From sequence record NC_054915.1: 64,000 nt of DNA. One strand, given 5' to 3'. Below, piece after piece: positions 20,234 through 29,469 of the stretch; positions within the stretch are counted from its first letter, which is position 1; each line of letters starts with the position of its first letter. The position numbers were made by a program, and so were the translations under genes. The notes beneath the pieces were generated by a model, which saw nothing but the letters and a program-made list of their open reading frames with translations, was not told where the DNA came from and did no database searches. The stretch is from Escherichia phage vB_EcoM_G8.

Positions 20234-20761
20234 TTATGCGAGTACCGTCTTTAACCGTTCTTCAAATTTCCGAAGAGTATTCTGGCGTTCAGCTCTTTGC
20301 TTTTTGTAAGTTTCAATACGCTCTGAAATGAGAGTGTATCGTTCATTTACTGATTCTTTCATAAAATCAGGAATTTCACGAGAAGCTTTAATCTCGTCAA
20401 ATTTATCAATAACAGCTTGCTCTTCAGCAATTAAGTTATCATACATCAAAATATCTTTCTTGATGAACTCAATATCTTCTTGAGTTACACGAGATAATTT
20501 AGATGCTTTATCCTTTTTGTACTGTTCATTAGTATCACGAGACCAGTGTAATGTACGATTTTTATTCGTATTCTTGTAAATTTCTACAATACCAATCTCA
20601 TCAATAATAACGATCCAATTCCAACGGGATTTGTAAATTTGTCCTCCATCAACCGTGATTTCACCTCCGATTGAGATGTCATTAAAGAACTTGCTTTGCG
20701 CTTCAGATTTAAATTTACCATCATTGTAATTTACCAAGTTGAAAATATCTTTAGCGTTCAT
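20234..20761 (-). CDS. Hypothetical protein
   Basis: Minus-strand ORF 175 aa with C-terminal charged helix. Confidence 0.45.
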   Translation of the reverse strand: MNAKDIFNLVNYNDGKFKSEAQSKFFNDISIGGEITVDGGQIYKSRWNWIVIIDEIGIVEIYKNTNKNRTLHWSRDTNEQYKKDKASKLSRVTQEDIEFIKKDILMYDNLIAEEQAVIDKFDEIKASREIPDFMKESVNERYTLISERIETYKKQRAERQNTLRKFEERLKTVLA

Positions 20762-20790
20762 TTTGTGTTCCTCCGTAGTTGATAGTTGTA

Positions 20791-20819
20791 TAGTACCACA
20801 GAGGAACGGTCTTGTAAAC
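20791..20819 (-). promoter_or_regulatory. T4 early promoter with conserved leader
   Basis: Minus strand GTTTAC -35 and TGGTACTAT -10; followed by conserved leader ACAACTATCAAC. Confidence 0.55.
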
Positions 20820-20821
20820 CA

Positions 20822-21136
20822 CTAAAAGAAACTTCTTTCACAATTTTTTCCACTGAACCAAGCGCTCACTGCTTTCTTAGTCTCAGGAGCAGTGTTATCC
20901 ATAAACCATTCAAAGGCAGCCTTTTTATGATTCTGGAGGGCTTCTCGGGCTTTAATCTGCTCACGGTCTATTAACACTAACATATGAGCCTTTCTTGTCA
21001 CCATGGGCTTCTTATGATTTTTTGAATACTCCCAATCATTTGTCCATCGCATCGTTGTTGCGAATTGAAGTACAGCTTCTTTAATTTTAGTTTCGTAAAT
21101 TTCACGAGCCTTTGAGTATAACATCATTACCTCCAT
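20822..21136 (-). CDS. Hypothetical protein
   Basis: Minus-strand ORF 104 aa. Confidence 0.45.
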   Translation of the reverse strand: MEVMMLYSKAREIYETKIKEAVLQFATTMRWTNDWEYSKNHKKPMVTRKAHMLVLIDREQIKAREALQNHKKAAFEWFMDNTAPETKKAVSAWFSGKNCERSFF

Positions 21137-21226
21137 TTACCAGTTTAATTCTAGTCATCTTTTTAATGGCAGTCCATATAATCTATTTCTGAACTGCCTT
21201 TTTGTCTTAGAAGTCCTCTTATGAAT

Positions 21227-22207
21227 TTATTTCAGAAGAGTAACCGTAGCAATTTCTTCCCAATGGTTTTTGTCGGTCATAATAAAGTCAGCAAGATAAA
21301 GAGCAGTACGCAGTGAAACATTGCGTAAACGATTAACATTGACTTTCATCCATGATAATGCTTTATAAGTTTCTTCATCAGAAAGACCGCGCTTTTGCAT
21401 CATGTCGGTTGAAAGAATAACATCTTCAACCCTGACCATAATTTCTTCATTAGTGTGAACACCCAAATCCAAATAAACTGAGCGGGACACTAATGCTTGT
21501 AAATGTGGAGCAAGTTTAGTACCACGGTCTAATTCGCGGTCAATGTCAACGTTTGTGATAAAAACAATCGTTCCTTTAAATTCAAACTCACGCTCAATGC
21601 CTTTTTCTTCTAAGTAAGAAGATGCAGTGCTCCAGCAGACTTTACGGGTCTCTCCAGTGTCCAGAGCGGCTTTTAGAAGATTAAGAATGTCCATATCAGA
21701 GAAAACATCCACATCATCAATCAAAAGGACAGAATTCTCTTCACGATTATTCCAAAGCTGTTCATAAAGACCGATACCAGAGATTTTACCATTAATGCTT
21801 TTATACTCAATGTATCCATTATCATTTGCTTTATTTAAAGCTTTATCTAAAGAATATGTTTTACCAATACCTGCTGCACCAGAGATAATTAATGAACGAA
21901 TGTTTCCGTTAATAATACCATTCGTCATCATTCCCATAACATTAAATCTTTTATTAATGCGGGTTTTCATATCTTCATACGATTCTTTAACTTCTTCAAC
22001 TTTTACACCATCATATGAAATGTCTGATTTGTAAACCCAAACACCGCGACGTTTACCGTCAATTTCAACAAAAACTTTACCATCTCCTTGTGCATCTACC
22101 GGAGCATTATCTGGGAACCATTCACCTAAGAGCTCAAAAGTTCCAGAGATTTCTTTACCAAAGTAGATACCCTTATTGATAGTTACAGTTTTCATTTTAT
22201 TCTCCAA
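21227..22207 (-). CDS. P-loop NTPase (AAA-like)
   Basis: 326 aa; Walker A GAAGIGKT and Walker B VLLIDDVD. Confidence 0.6.
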   Translation of the reverse strand: MENKMKTVTINKGIYFGKEISGTFELLGEWFPDNAPVDAQGDGKVFVEIDGKRRGVWVYKSDISYDGVKVEEVKESYEDMKTRINKRFNVMGMMTNGIINGNIRSLIISGAAGIGKTYSLDKALNKANDNGYIEYKSINGKISGIGLYEQLWNNREENSVLLIDDVDVFSDMDILNLLKAALDTGETRKVCWSTASSYLEEKGIEREFEFKGTIVFITNVDIDRELDRGTKLAPHLQALVSRSVYLDLGVHTNEEIMVRVEDVILSTDMMQKRGLSDEETYKALSWMKVNVNRLRNVSLRTALYLADFIMTDKNHWEEIATVTLLK

Positions 22208-22230
22208 ATCCGTATCAGTTGATAGTTGTA

Positions 22231-22260
22231 TAGTACCATAAAGCTTTATGCTTGTAAACA
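22231..22260 (-). promoter_or_regulatory. T4 early promoter with conserved leader, preceded by terminator hairpin
   Basis: Minus strand GTTTAC -35, TGGTACTAT -10, same leader as at 20778-20798. Confidence 0.55.
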
Positions 22261-22280
22261 GTTTTGTGAAAAATTTTTGA

Positions 22281-22308
22281 AATAAAAAAGGGAGCCCGAA
22301 GGCTCCCT
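22281..22308 (-). terminator. Rho-independent terminator
   Basis: Minus strand GGGAGCC-UUCG-GGCUCCC hairpin followed by UUUUUUAUUU. Confidence 0.65.
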
Positions 22309-22309
22309 A

Positions 22310-23320
22310 TCATTTATAATAACTTCGGTGGTTTTCAAGATAGACCTTCTCAAGGAAGTCATCCCAGAAACTCATGTCTACTGTTTTAGGCATACCATTC
22401 TTAGAAGCTTCAGTAGATGCTGCTTCTACTTGATCGACCACATCTTCCAAAAACTCTTGAACTGTTTTAAATGGATGTTTACCCAACTTCACGTCGAGAA
22501 TAAATGGAGCATCTTGGAGTGGATAAATCAAGTCGCCAGTTTTGTAAATTTCCAATAGTTGAAGTCCACCACGACAAGCATGACTTAGTGCTTTCCAATC
22601 AATACCTTCATTAGCTTCGGCCTTACGAGCACGTTCACCATATTCAGCATCTAATTTGTTCAGTGACTGCTTAAGCTCAATAAGAGAAAGCGTTGTCTGA
22701 TATTTACGACCCAGCACTGTATAGAACGTTTGTGGACCTGTTTTCTCATGATTATGGAACACCCATTCACAGAATTCGTTTTCTGGAAGACGATGCTTAA
22801 TATCTTCAACTTTAGTACGACGCTGCTTAATGGAACCGTCTTCTTGGTAATCAACCCATTGCTCAGGGATTTGATTAACTACTTTCAATACATCATGTAA
22901 TGCAGCCAAACGAGAACCCTTGACGCCGTATTTAGAAGCTTGCTTGCGGACATATCCTAAATAGGATTTCATGTTAGTCGTATAAAAACGAGAACGGTTG
23001 TCTTGAATAAACTTCCACACATCAGGCAAATCAGATTTAACTACTAGTTCAGGTGGAGTGTGAAGCATATCCAATGCTACAGTTTCACCATCTGCTGCTA
23101 ATTTAAAGAAATATTTAAGACTGTATAGTTCATGGTCAATATCATCTTTAGTGTTTTTAGATGATGTGTTGTTGGTGTTTTTACTCATGTGCTCTTTAAC
23201 GTTACCGGTCAAGATATCACGAGCATGAGGGACATAAATTTCTTTAAAATCGACGTCAGATTCAGGAGTAGACGTTCCATAAAGGTGGCTACCAAAATAA
23301 GACTTAACTACAGTTTTCAT
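22310..23320 (-). CDS. Nucleotidyltransferase-fold protein (Pol-beta superfamily-like)
   Basis: 336 aa; N-terminal GS-x10-DVD signature (YFGSHLYGTSTPESDVDF) typical of minimal nucleotidyltransferases; substrate unknown. Confidence 0.5.
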   Translation of the reverse strand: MKTVVKSYFGSHLYGTSTPESDVDFKEIYVPHARDILTGNVKEHMSKNTNNTSSKNTKDDIDHELYSLKYFFKLAADGETVALDMLHTPPELVVKSDLPDVWKFIQDNRSRFYTTNMKSYLGYVRKQASKYGVKGSRLAALHDVLKVVNQIPEQWVDYQEDGSIKQRRTKVEDIKHRLPENEFCEWVFHNHEKTGPQTFYTVLGRKYQTTLSLIELKQSLNKLDAEYGERARKAEANEGIDWKALSHACRGGLQLLEIYKTGDLIYPLQDAPFILDVKLGKHPFKTVQEFLEDVVDQVEAASTEASKNGMPKTVDMSFWDDFLEKVYLENHRSYYK

Positions 23321-23504
23321 TATTCCACCTAATCATTTCAAGATATTGAACTAACTTAGCTTTAGATTTATCCAAATCCTTTTTAGCTGCTTCTATACCG
23401 TCGTATGAATATCCTTCACAATGCTCAACTGCTAATTGATATGAATCTATTTCAATATCACGTGCTAATTTAATGATTTTTTCAAACTGTTCGCGTGTTA
23501 GCAT
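23304..23504 (-). CDS. Hypothetical small protein
   Basis: Minus-strand ORF 66 aa. Confidence 0.4.
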   Translation of the reverse strand: MLTREQFEKIIKLARDIEIDSYQLAVEHCEGYSYDGIEAAKKDLDKSKAKLVQYLEMIRWNNENCS

Positions 23505-23506
23505 AC

Positions 23507-23746
23507 TTAAACTCTCGTATTATGATCGATAATTTCATCAAGAAACATATCTAACGCTTCTACAGCATTATTAACTTTATCTTCAAGTTCTTCAATACTT
23601 TTATTTGCAATGCCTGACGAAAACCAAGCAAAGTCACTAAGTTCCTCATCTGCTTTACGAATTAAAGCTACCAATTCCTTAATTTTATCCGCTTGTTCGA
23701 TACTAATCATTATTCCACCACATATGAAAGAGAGAATATTGCACAC
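23507..23746 (-). CDS. Hypothetical small protein
   Basis: Minus-strand ORF 79 aa. Confidence 0.4.
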
Positions 23747-23943
23747 GCCATGTGAGTTGCAACTTCATCACACATATTATAACGTTTCTTAAGAAGTTCT
23801 ACAAGTTCTTCACTAGTAACTTCATCCATGTCGACGAAAAAATCACCATTAATGATGACGTAGATATTTCCTTCTTGATTGAGTGCTTCAATTTTCATGA
23901 TGTTCTCCTCTTTATCCGATAGTTGTATAGTACCACAGCTCAA
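23710..23943 (-). CDS. Hypothetical small protein
   Basis: Minus-strand ORF 77 aa. Confidence 0.4.
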
Positions 23944-23956
23944 ACGGAAAGTAAAC
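23928..23956 (-). promoter_or_regulatory. T4 early promoter with conserved leader
   Basis: Minus strand GTTTAC -35, TGGTACTAT -10, conserved leader. Confidence 0.55.
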
Positions 23957-23960
23957 CGGT

Positions 23961-23989
23961 AAAATGAAAAAAGTCTCCCGAAGGAGACT
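23961..23989 (-). terminator. Rho-independent terminator
   Basis: Minus strand AGUCUCC-UUCG-GGAGACU hairpin followed by UUUUUUCAUUUU. Confidence 0.65.
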
Positions 23990-23993
23990 AACG

Positions 23994-24380
23994 TTATTCG
24001 AGGGAAAGAAGATATTTACTCTGGTAAAACATTCCAGTAATATCATCTATCGTGCTTTGAATGGCTGGAGGCATTTCTTTGTAAATGCTGTTAGATTGGT
24101 CTAGTATGCGATCAATCATTTTAATTGTGTCGGTAGGAAGTTTACTAGCATCTGGAATTGAAGGTGTGTATTTTCTACCAGAATACCCCAAATATTGCTC
24201 ACCAAATTTATCAATCAAATCTGGCAACTCGGAAAAAATAAAATCGTATGCTTTGTGTCTAGCATAACTTTTAGTTTCAAAATGTGCAGAATGAAAATAA
24301 GCTTGTGCAGCCATTAATAAACCTAAGTATTCATCTGCCTTTGAAGGTTTTCCACTTTGTGAAAAGTCGCTGAATTTCAT
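23994..24380 (-). CDS. Hypothetical protein
   Basis: Minus-strand ORF 128 aa. Confidence 0.45.
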
Positions 24381-24670
24381 TCAGTCTCCAATTTAATGTT
24401 CATAATTCTAGCGTATGATTGTGCCATCTCCGCGCCTCGCTCTATACATTCAAAATCAGAAGAGCACGGGTCATTTTTATAGGTCGTTCTCATAAAACTA
24501 TAGAATTGTTCAGACGATTCTACGCTTTTATTTTCAAAAAGCATATAAACGTGCCTAATACCAGATTCCATAAATTTATCAAAATGAGGATCGACATTCG
24601 CTTCAATCGATGGAGATAAAACAAATGACAATCCTAGCATGGCAAATAGTGCCGTTGCTTTTAAGGCCAT
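24377..24670 (-). CDS. rI: Lysis-inhibition regulator (antiholin) RI-like, signal-anchored periplasmic protein
   Basis: 97 aa with N-terminal signal-anchor (MALKATALFAMLGLSFVLSPSIEA); size and position next to tk match T4 rI. Confidence 0.7.
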   Translation of the reverse strand: MALKATALFAMLGLSFVLSPSIEANVDPHFDKFMESGIRHVYMLFENKSVESSEQFYSFMRTTYKNDPCSSDFECIERGAEMAQSYARIMNIKLETE

Positions 24671-24682
24671 AAAGGCCTCCTA

Positions 24683-24895
24683 TCATTTTTGCCCTGTATT
24701 TACTTTATGCCGGTGCACGGCCTTAACTTTATCAAGGTATTTTTCAAAATTTCGCAATCTAGTATAGTCTGCCGGAGATTGGTTGAGTGATACTTCTCGA
24801 CGCAAAGCTGAAATGATATTTCCAACTTCCCTACGAATTTCATCTAATTGAAGAACAGTAAGATTGCGAAGTTGCTTTTCAGTTAATTGTAGCAT
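24683..24895 (-). CDS. Hypothetical protein
   Basis: Minus-strand ORF 70 aa. Confidence 0.4.
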
Positions 24896-24937
24896 ATATA
24901 CCCCTTTAGTTAGATAAACCTATTTATAACTTTTGCA

Positions 24938-25519
24938 CTAACCGAGCTTTTTAGTTAATTCATTCCAATGTTTTCTACACAAAGAAACATAAATTTCATC
25001 ACCAATACAGATTTGATTACCTTCTTTAACTGGTGTTCCATCTTCCATTAATCGAGCTGTCATAATCGCTTTTTTACCGCAATGACAAACTGCCTTTAGT
25101 TCAATAAGTTTATCTGCAATCGCCAAAAGTTCTTTAGAACCTTCAAACAATTTTCCAGCGAAATCAGTCCTTAATCCATAAGCCATAACAGGAACATTAT
25201 ATGTATCAACAATTCGGCTCAATTGATGCACCTGTTCAGTTTTTAAAAACTGGGCTTCATCTACAAATACGCAATGAATATCTTTTTGTGCTTCAGCCCA
25301 TTTATAGAACTCGAAAATATCCATATCATCTGTAATAATATTCGCTTCCTGTTTAATTCCAATGCGAGAAACAACTTCACAGACAGAATCGCGAGTATCA
25401 ATAGCAGGCTTAAGAACTAATACACTCATTCCACGTTCTTTATAATTATGTGCAGCAGTCAAAAGAGAAGCAGATTTTCCAGCATTCATTGCTGCATAAG
25501 TAAAAATTAAACTCGCCAT
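24938..25519 (-). CDS. tk: Thymidine kinase
   Basis: 193 aa; P-loop AAMNAGKSASLL and C-terminal Zn ribbon CHCG...CRKH. Confidence 0.95.
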   Translation of the reverse strand: MASLIFTYAAMNAGKSASLLTAAHNYKERGMSVLVLKPAIDTRDSVCEVVSRIGIKQEANIITDDMDIFEFYKWAEAQKDIHCVFVDEAQFLKTEQVHQLSRIVDTYNVPVMAYGLRTDFAGKLFEGSKELLAIADKLIELKAVCHCGKKAIMTARLMEDGTPVKEGNQICIGDEIYVSLCRKHWNELTKKLG

Positions 25520-25520
25520 C

Positions 25521-25709
25521 TTAGTCCTTAGTTAAATTTTCTAAATATGTTTCTAAATCATTTTCAGCTTTATCGATAGATTTTACTAATTCGTAATATG
25601 TTTCGTCATCTCCGTATTCAGAAGATAATTCAAAAGACAAATCCTTTTCTAAACTAATAATTTCACTAACTAAAAATAATATTTCGTTCTTTTGTTCGCG
25701 AGTAATCAT
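25521..25709 (-). CDS. Hypothetical acidic small protein
   Basis: Minus-strand ORF 62 aa. Confidence 0.4.
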   Translation of the reverse strand: MITREQKNEILFLVSEIISLEKDLSFELSSEYGDDETYYELVKSIDKAENDLETYLENLTKD

Positions 25710-25891
25710 AAGGAATTTATATAATCAATGAGTTCTTGTTCTTTATTATCGAATTCTTTAGAAAGTTCTTCGTACTCGTTTGCACTAAAAGGACCGCATT
25801 CATTACAAACTTTTTCCAATTCACTATTTTTATCCATAACTTCGTGGATAAGAGAAAAGAGTCTGTCTTTTTGTTCTTTACTTAAACTCAT
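25706..25891 (-). CDS. Hypothetical acidic small protein
   Basis: Minus-strand ORF 61 aa. Confidence 0.4.
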   Translation of the reverse strand: MSLSKEQKDRLFSLIHEVMDKNSELEKVCNECGPFSANEYEELSKEFDNKEQELIDYINSL

Positions 25892-26057
25892 ATATTAATT
25901 TCCAGAAGTTTTAAAATAATTCGCTTTTGCTTAAATATTTCCATAGTTAAATGATCAGTATCTTTTTGGCCAATTCCAATGGCAAAACCTTTATTAGCAG
26001 CGAGTTCAATTAAATTATCAAGTTCACGTGACACTTCATATTGTAACTCAGAACTAT

Positions 26058-26270
26058 TCATTTCGGTTTACCTTCTTTAACGAAATCTGGATAAGGATAA
26101 AATCCCGAATAAAATCCTTCACCTTTATGATTGATGCATCCTTTATTAGAACAATAGCACCAATAATCGAAATCACAAGCCATTTCATCGTTGCATAAAG
26201 CAAAAACAACTGGCCATTTACACTTTTCACAGTGGGCATTTTTAAGAATACTAGTTTGGCTCATAACCAT
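26058..26270 (-). CDS. Cys-rich small protein
   Basis: 70 aa with multiple CxxC-like pairs; preferred over the overlapping 26054-26239 frame. Confidence 0.4.
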   Translation of the reverse strand: MVMSQTSILKNAHCEKCKWPVVFALCNDEMACDFDYWCYCSNKGCINHKGEGFYSGFYPYPDFVKEGKPK

Positions 26271-26488
26271 GTCACCTTTAAGCAGTATTCTTCTACATGC
26301 TGTTTACGACCTTTCTTATCAATAAAGGTATATTCAACGAATGTTCCAATGTAGTCTTTATCTACATCATGTGGACTATTAATTGGACATTTAGTACGGC
26401 AAATGCGCTCCCATTGACGAATAATTACTGCCTTATTCTTTGGGTCATATGGATGTGGATAATGTATATTCATAATAATGGTTCCCAA
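26261..26488 (-). CDS. Hypothetical small protein
   Basis: Minus-strand ORF 75 aa. Confidence 0.4.
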   Translation of the reverse strand: MGTIIMNIHYPHPYDPKNKAVIIRQWERICRTKCPINSPHDVDKDYIGTFVEYTFIDKKGRKQHVEEYCLKVTWL

Positions 26489-26937
26489 TCAACAATCACA
26501 ATTTCTAATTTAGAGGAATATGTATCTAAAATCCCCTCAATAATATCCCAGTTCCCTTTACCTATGCCTGCACCAATCCTAGGCATATAGATTGTAGGTT
26601 TAATCAGTTTATTTTCACCAAACTCATTTAATTCTAACATACAATTCATTAAAGCGGAATATTCAAAATTTGGTCCTGGTTGAAATTGAGTATAAAGATT
26701 AAAGCAGTAAGCTTTATGAGTCCTAAAGTATTTTTCATAGACTGAATAAGAACCAAGTTTAGTTACATCACCCCATTCAGTCTGTAATTTATCAGCTTCC
26801 AAAATTTTAGGGAAAGCTTTGGTTAATTGACCTGCGACTCCAGCTTTCATCGTATGAAAACAATTGCATCCATGCGCAATATTTTTACCTTCAGTGAAAA
26901 GGGCGACAATATCGCCCTTGATATATTTTACAATCAT
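26470..26937 (-). CDS. Macro-domain-like protein (putative ADP-ribose binding/processing)
   Basis: 155 aa; pattern GDIVAL...NIAHGCNCFHTMKAGVAGQL...PRIGAGIGKGNWDII resembles macro-domain signatures; by eye only. Confidence 0.5.
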   Translation of the reverse strand: MIVKYIKGDIVALFTEGKNIAHGCNCFHTMKAGVAGQLTKAFPKILEADKLQTEWGDVTKLGSYSVYEKYFRTHKAYCFNLYTQFQPGPNFEYSALMNCMLELNEFGENKLIKPTIYMPRIGAGIGKGNWDIIEGILDTYSSKLEIVIVDWEPLL

Positions 26938-27275
26938 TTAGTACTCAATCCTCGATTATAAGAATCTACCAAACGGTCAACCATTGAATGACAAGCGGCT
27001 TTATCTTTCTCCTCCGCAACTGAACATTCTAAGGTATTCCACTTTTTAGCATATCGTTTTAATAATGTATCGTTTTTGTATCTGCTTGATTTATCTCTTT
27101 CTCCGTCTTTATATGCATATATTAATTTCTGCGCAAATTCAGCTTGGCATGCTTTATTTTTCCCACAATAATCTGCCGCAGTGCGATTTACATATTCTCT
27201 AATTTCAGTATATGATGTATCTGCTAACGCAGAAAATGAAATTAATCCTATACATAAAACCAAAATTTTAGTCAT
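26934..27275 (-). CDS. Secreted/periplasmic protein with signal peptide
   Basis: 113 aa; cleavable signal peptide (MTKILVLCIGLISFSALA); four Cys. Confidence 0.5.
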   Translation of the reverse strand: MTKILVLCIGLISFSALADTSYTEIREYVNRTAADYCGKNKACQAEFAQKLIYAYKDGERDKSSRYKNDTLLKRYAKKWNTLECSVAEEKDKAACHSMVDRLVDSYNRGLSTK

Positions 27276-27813
27276 TTACTATTTCCAAAAGTTTATTATT
27301 TTTAAGGTAATTAGCCTTTTCTAGGACTTCAGAAGCATATTTAGAACCTGCTTTAACATTCCATCCCGAATTATAAGAGGATATTGCTTTTCTTATATCG
27401 CCCTTATGTATATTTAACCAATAAGAAAGTTCAATGTACGCCCAGGAAGCTGAATTGGACCGTTTATTCAACATTCTTTTTATTTCAGCATCGGTCATAT
27501 TATAACCAAGTTCCTTAACTCTTGCTCGCATAGTAGGCAAATAATTTTGGAACATTCCGTAGGCGTGATGCTTTGGTTTAGATTTTAAATTAACTCCGCC
27601 AGAGCTTTCTTGCCATAAAATAGCAGCCATTATATGACCTAATCCGCTCTTGTGGATATTTTTGTGTGTTTTATATTTTCCATCCTTAGAAAATTGTTCC
27701 CCGAATTGATACGCGTAACGCATGTTATCGAGTTGGACATTACTGAAAGTATGCTCGGAGCTATGTGCCATCATTGAAATGGCCAATAGACCAGCGAGTA
27801 GTGCTTTTCTCAT
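27268..27813 (-). CDS. Periplasmic lytic transglycosylase-like protein (SLT/lysozyme-like fold)
   Basis: 181 aa; signal peptide (MRKALLAGLLAISMMAHS); SLT-like motifs WQESSGG and YGMFQ. Confidence 0.55.
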   Translation of the reverse strand: MRKALLAGLLAISMMAHSSEHTFSNVQLDNMRYAYQFGEQFSKDGKYKTHKNIHKSGLGHIMAAILWQESSGGVNLKSKPKHHAYGMFQNYLPTMRARVKELGYNMTDAEIKRMLNKRSNSASWAYIELSYWLNIHKGDIRKAISSYNSGWNVKAGSKYASEVLEKANYLKNNKLLEIVND

Positions 27814-27820
27814 GCTTACC

Positions 27821-28282
27821 TCATTGAGTTTTAATTACTGCTTTAGAAGCCTTTCCTGGTAAACGACGACTGTTGATAATTGCCATCCTGCATTGAAGTG
27901 ACGGGTTTTTGAACTTCTCATTAGGCTTACAAACCGTAAATCCAAGCCAAAGATTTCCATCTGTAATTTCCAAACGCCCAGGACGATATTCAACCCCATC
28001 AATAAAATCCTCGTCAATGTCAGGACGCGGAGGCATACTCAGGAATTCATTAACTTCTAAAACATGGTCTTTTATTTTATGGAATAATTCAAAAACATAT
28101 GTCTCATCAATCTCCCGTTGAATTGCACGATCAAGAAGATGTTGAGAATATTTTAGATGAAACGATGAGACTCCTGCTGCTTTTGATGCCTCACGAATCT
28201 CATTGTTAATTTGACGAAACTCCGACTCAAAGTGACGACGAAGCTTATTTCGACGGATAAAAACTTCTGTATTGATAGTCAT
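27821..28282 (-). CDS. regB: Endoribonuclease RegB
   Basis: 153 aa; length, position between tk and e and early promoter at 28311-28339 fit recalled T4 RegB. Confidence 0.8.
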   Translation of the reverse strand: MTINTEVFIRRNKLRRHFESEFRQINNEIREASKAAGVSSFHLKYSQHLLDRAIQREIDETYVFELFHKIKDHVLEVNEFLSMPPRPDIDEDFIDGVEYRPGRLEITDGNLWLGFTVCKPNEKFKNPSLQCRMAIINSRRLPGKASKAVIKTQ

Positions 28283-28310
28283 GTTATTCTCCTCTTAACT
28301 GATAGAAAAA

Positions 28311-28339
28311 TTATACCACAGTCAAGAGGAAAAGTAAAC
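28311..28339 (-). promoter_or_regulatory. T4 early promoter upstream of regB
   Basis: Minus strand GTTTAC -35 and perfect extended -10 TGGTATAAT. Confidence 0.6.
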
Positions 28340-28341
28340 AG

Positions 28342-28620
28342 TTATTCTTTAAATCTGATCAATTTATTCATAGACTTTGAAACTTCTGCACGAACCTCAT
28401 GTAAGTTTTTAAGCTGTTCAAGACGCTGTTCATAGTAAGCAATTTCATCTTCTTCGAGACAGTCCTGTGAATCTTCTTTAAGATAGCGTGCATAGTCCTG
28501 GAAAGCTTTACGGACTACTTCCTGGAAGTCATCAAGACTTTGAATTTTCTTAGGAGCGGCAGATACACGACGAGGGGCAGTATAATACTCATAACCAAAC
28601 CCTGCACTTAATTGAGCCAT
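28342..28620 (-). CDS. Hypothetical acidic protein
   Basis: Start taken at the ATG sharing one base with the upstream stop (TAATG); 92 aa. Confidence 0.4.
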   Translation of the reverse strand: MAQLSAGFGYEYYTAPRRVSAAPKKIQSLDDFQEVVRKAFQDYARYLKEDSQDCLEEDEIAYYEQRLEQLKNLHEVRAEVSKSMNKLIRFKE

Positions 28621-28886
28621 TAGTATTTTTCCTCTGGTTGGAACACAGCACGGCAAGCCCACATACTTGCTTCTTTGAGTTTCGTTTTAGCAATAGTTAA
28701 CTGATCGAGGCTTTCGGCGTAATTCTTCGCGAGTTCATCATCTTCACAGCTATCAAATGCTTCCCAGAATTCATCGTATAAAGCGTCAAAGATAAGTCCT
28801 AAACGAACTTCAGCGTCTTTGATAGCATTCACTTTACCGATTTTCTCTTCAGTATGCGGCTTATAACCCTTAATATCTTCAATCAT
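28620..28886 (-). CDS. Hypothetical small acidic protein
   Basis: 88 aa from ATG at 28886, which overlaps the stop of the upstream ORF (ATGATTGA). Confidence 0.4.
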   Translation of the reverse strand: MIEDIKGYKPHTEEKIGKVNAIKDAEVRLGLIFDALYDEFWEAFDSCEDDELAKNYAESLDQLTIAKTKLKEASMWACRAVFQPEEKY

Positions 28887-29100
28887 ATTTGACTTCCTCA
28901 CCAGTACATAAATCATATTCAACTAAACGAATAGGTTCATGAATGCCATATCCCTGAACAGAAATTTCTGTCGTAGGATAAATTCCATCAATATCACCCA
29001 TATTCCACGCTTCGTTAAATTGCTGTTCGCCTGAATTACTAAACCATTCGGCGAAAGCATTTAGCACATCTTCAGAACCTTCAATAATTATCTTTGCCAT
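28879..29100 (-). CDS. Hypothetical small protein
   Basis: Minus-strand ORF 73 aa directly downstream of the GrcA-like gene. Confidence 0.4.
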   Translation of the reverse strand: MAKIIIEGSEDVLNAFAEWFSNSGEQQFNEAWNMGDIDGIYPTTEISVQGYGIHEPIRLVEYDLCTGEEVKYD

Positions 29101-29462
29101 TACAAACTCTCGGTAAAGGTACGAGCGATAACGTCGCGCTGCTGTTCCGGAGTCAGAGAGTTAAAGCGAACTGCATAACCGGATACACGGATGGTCAGCT
29201 GCGGATATTTTTCCGGATGCTTAACTGCATCTTCCAGAGTTTCACGACGCAGAACGTTAACGTTCAGGTGTTGACCACCTTCAATTTTAACTGTAGGCTG
29301 TTGCTCAATTTCAATTTCACGGGCATGCAAACCATAGAAAATTTCTGGGTCTACAAAAGAGTCCTCTTTAAAGGTTTTAGAGACAATAATTCGTGCTTGA
29401 ATACCATCTTCAAAATAAATAGTACCTTTATGTGTGCCTTCAAGAATTTGATATGCTTTCAT
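29100..29462 (-). CDS. Autonomous glycyl-radical cofactor (GrcA/YfiD-like; T4 Y06I-type)
   Basis: 120 aa; C-terminal half ([59 protein letters not shown]) is near-identical to my recollection of E. coli GrcA, including glycyl-radical motif RVSGY. Confidence 0.85.
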   Translation of the reverse strand: MKAYQILEGTHKGTIYFEDGIQARIIVSKTFKEDSFVDPEIFYGLHAREIEIEQQPTVKIEGGQHLNVNVLRRETLEDAVKHPEKYPQLTIRVSGYAVRFNSLTPEQQRDVIARTFTESL

Positions 29463-29469
29463 ATAAACC

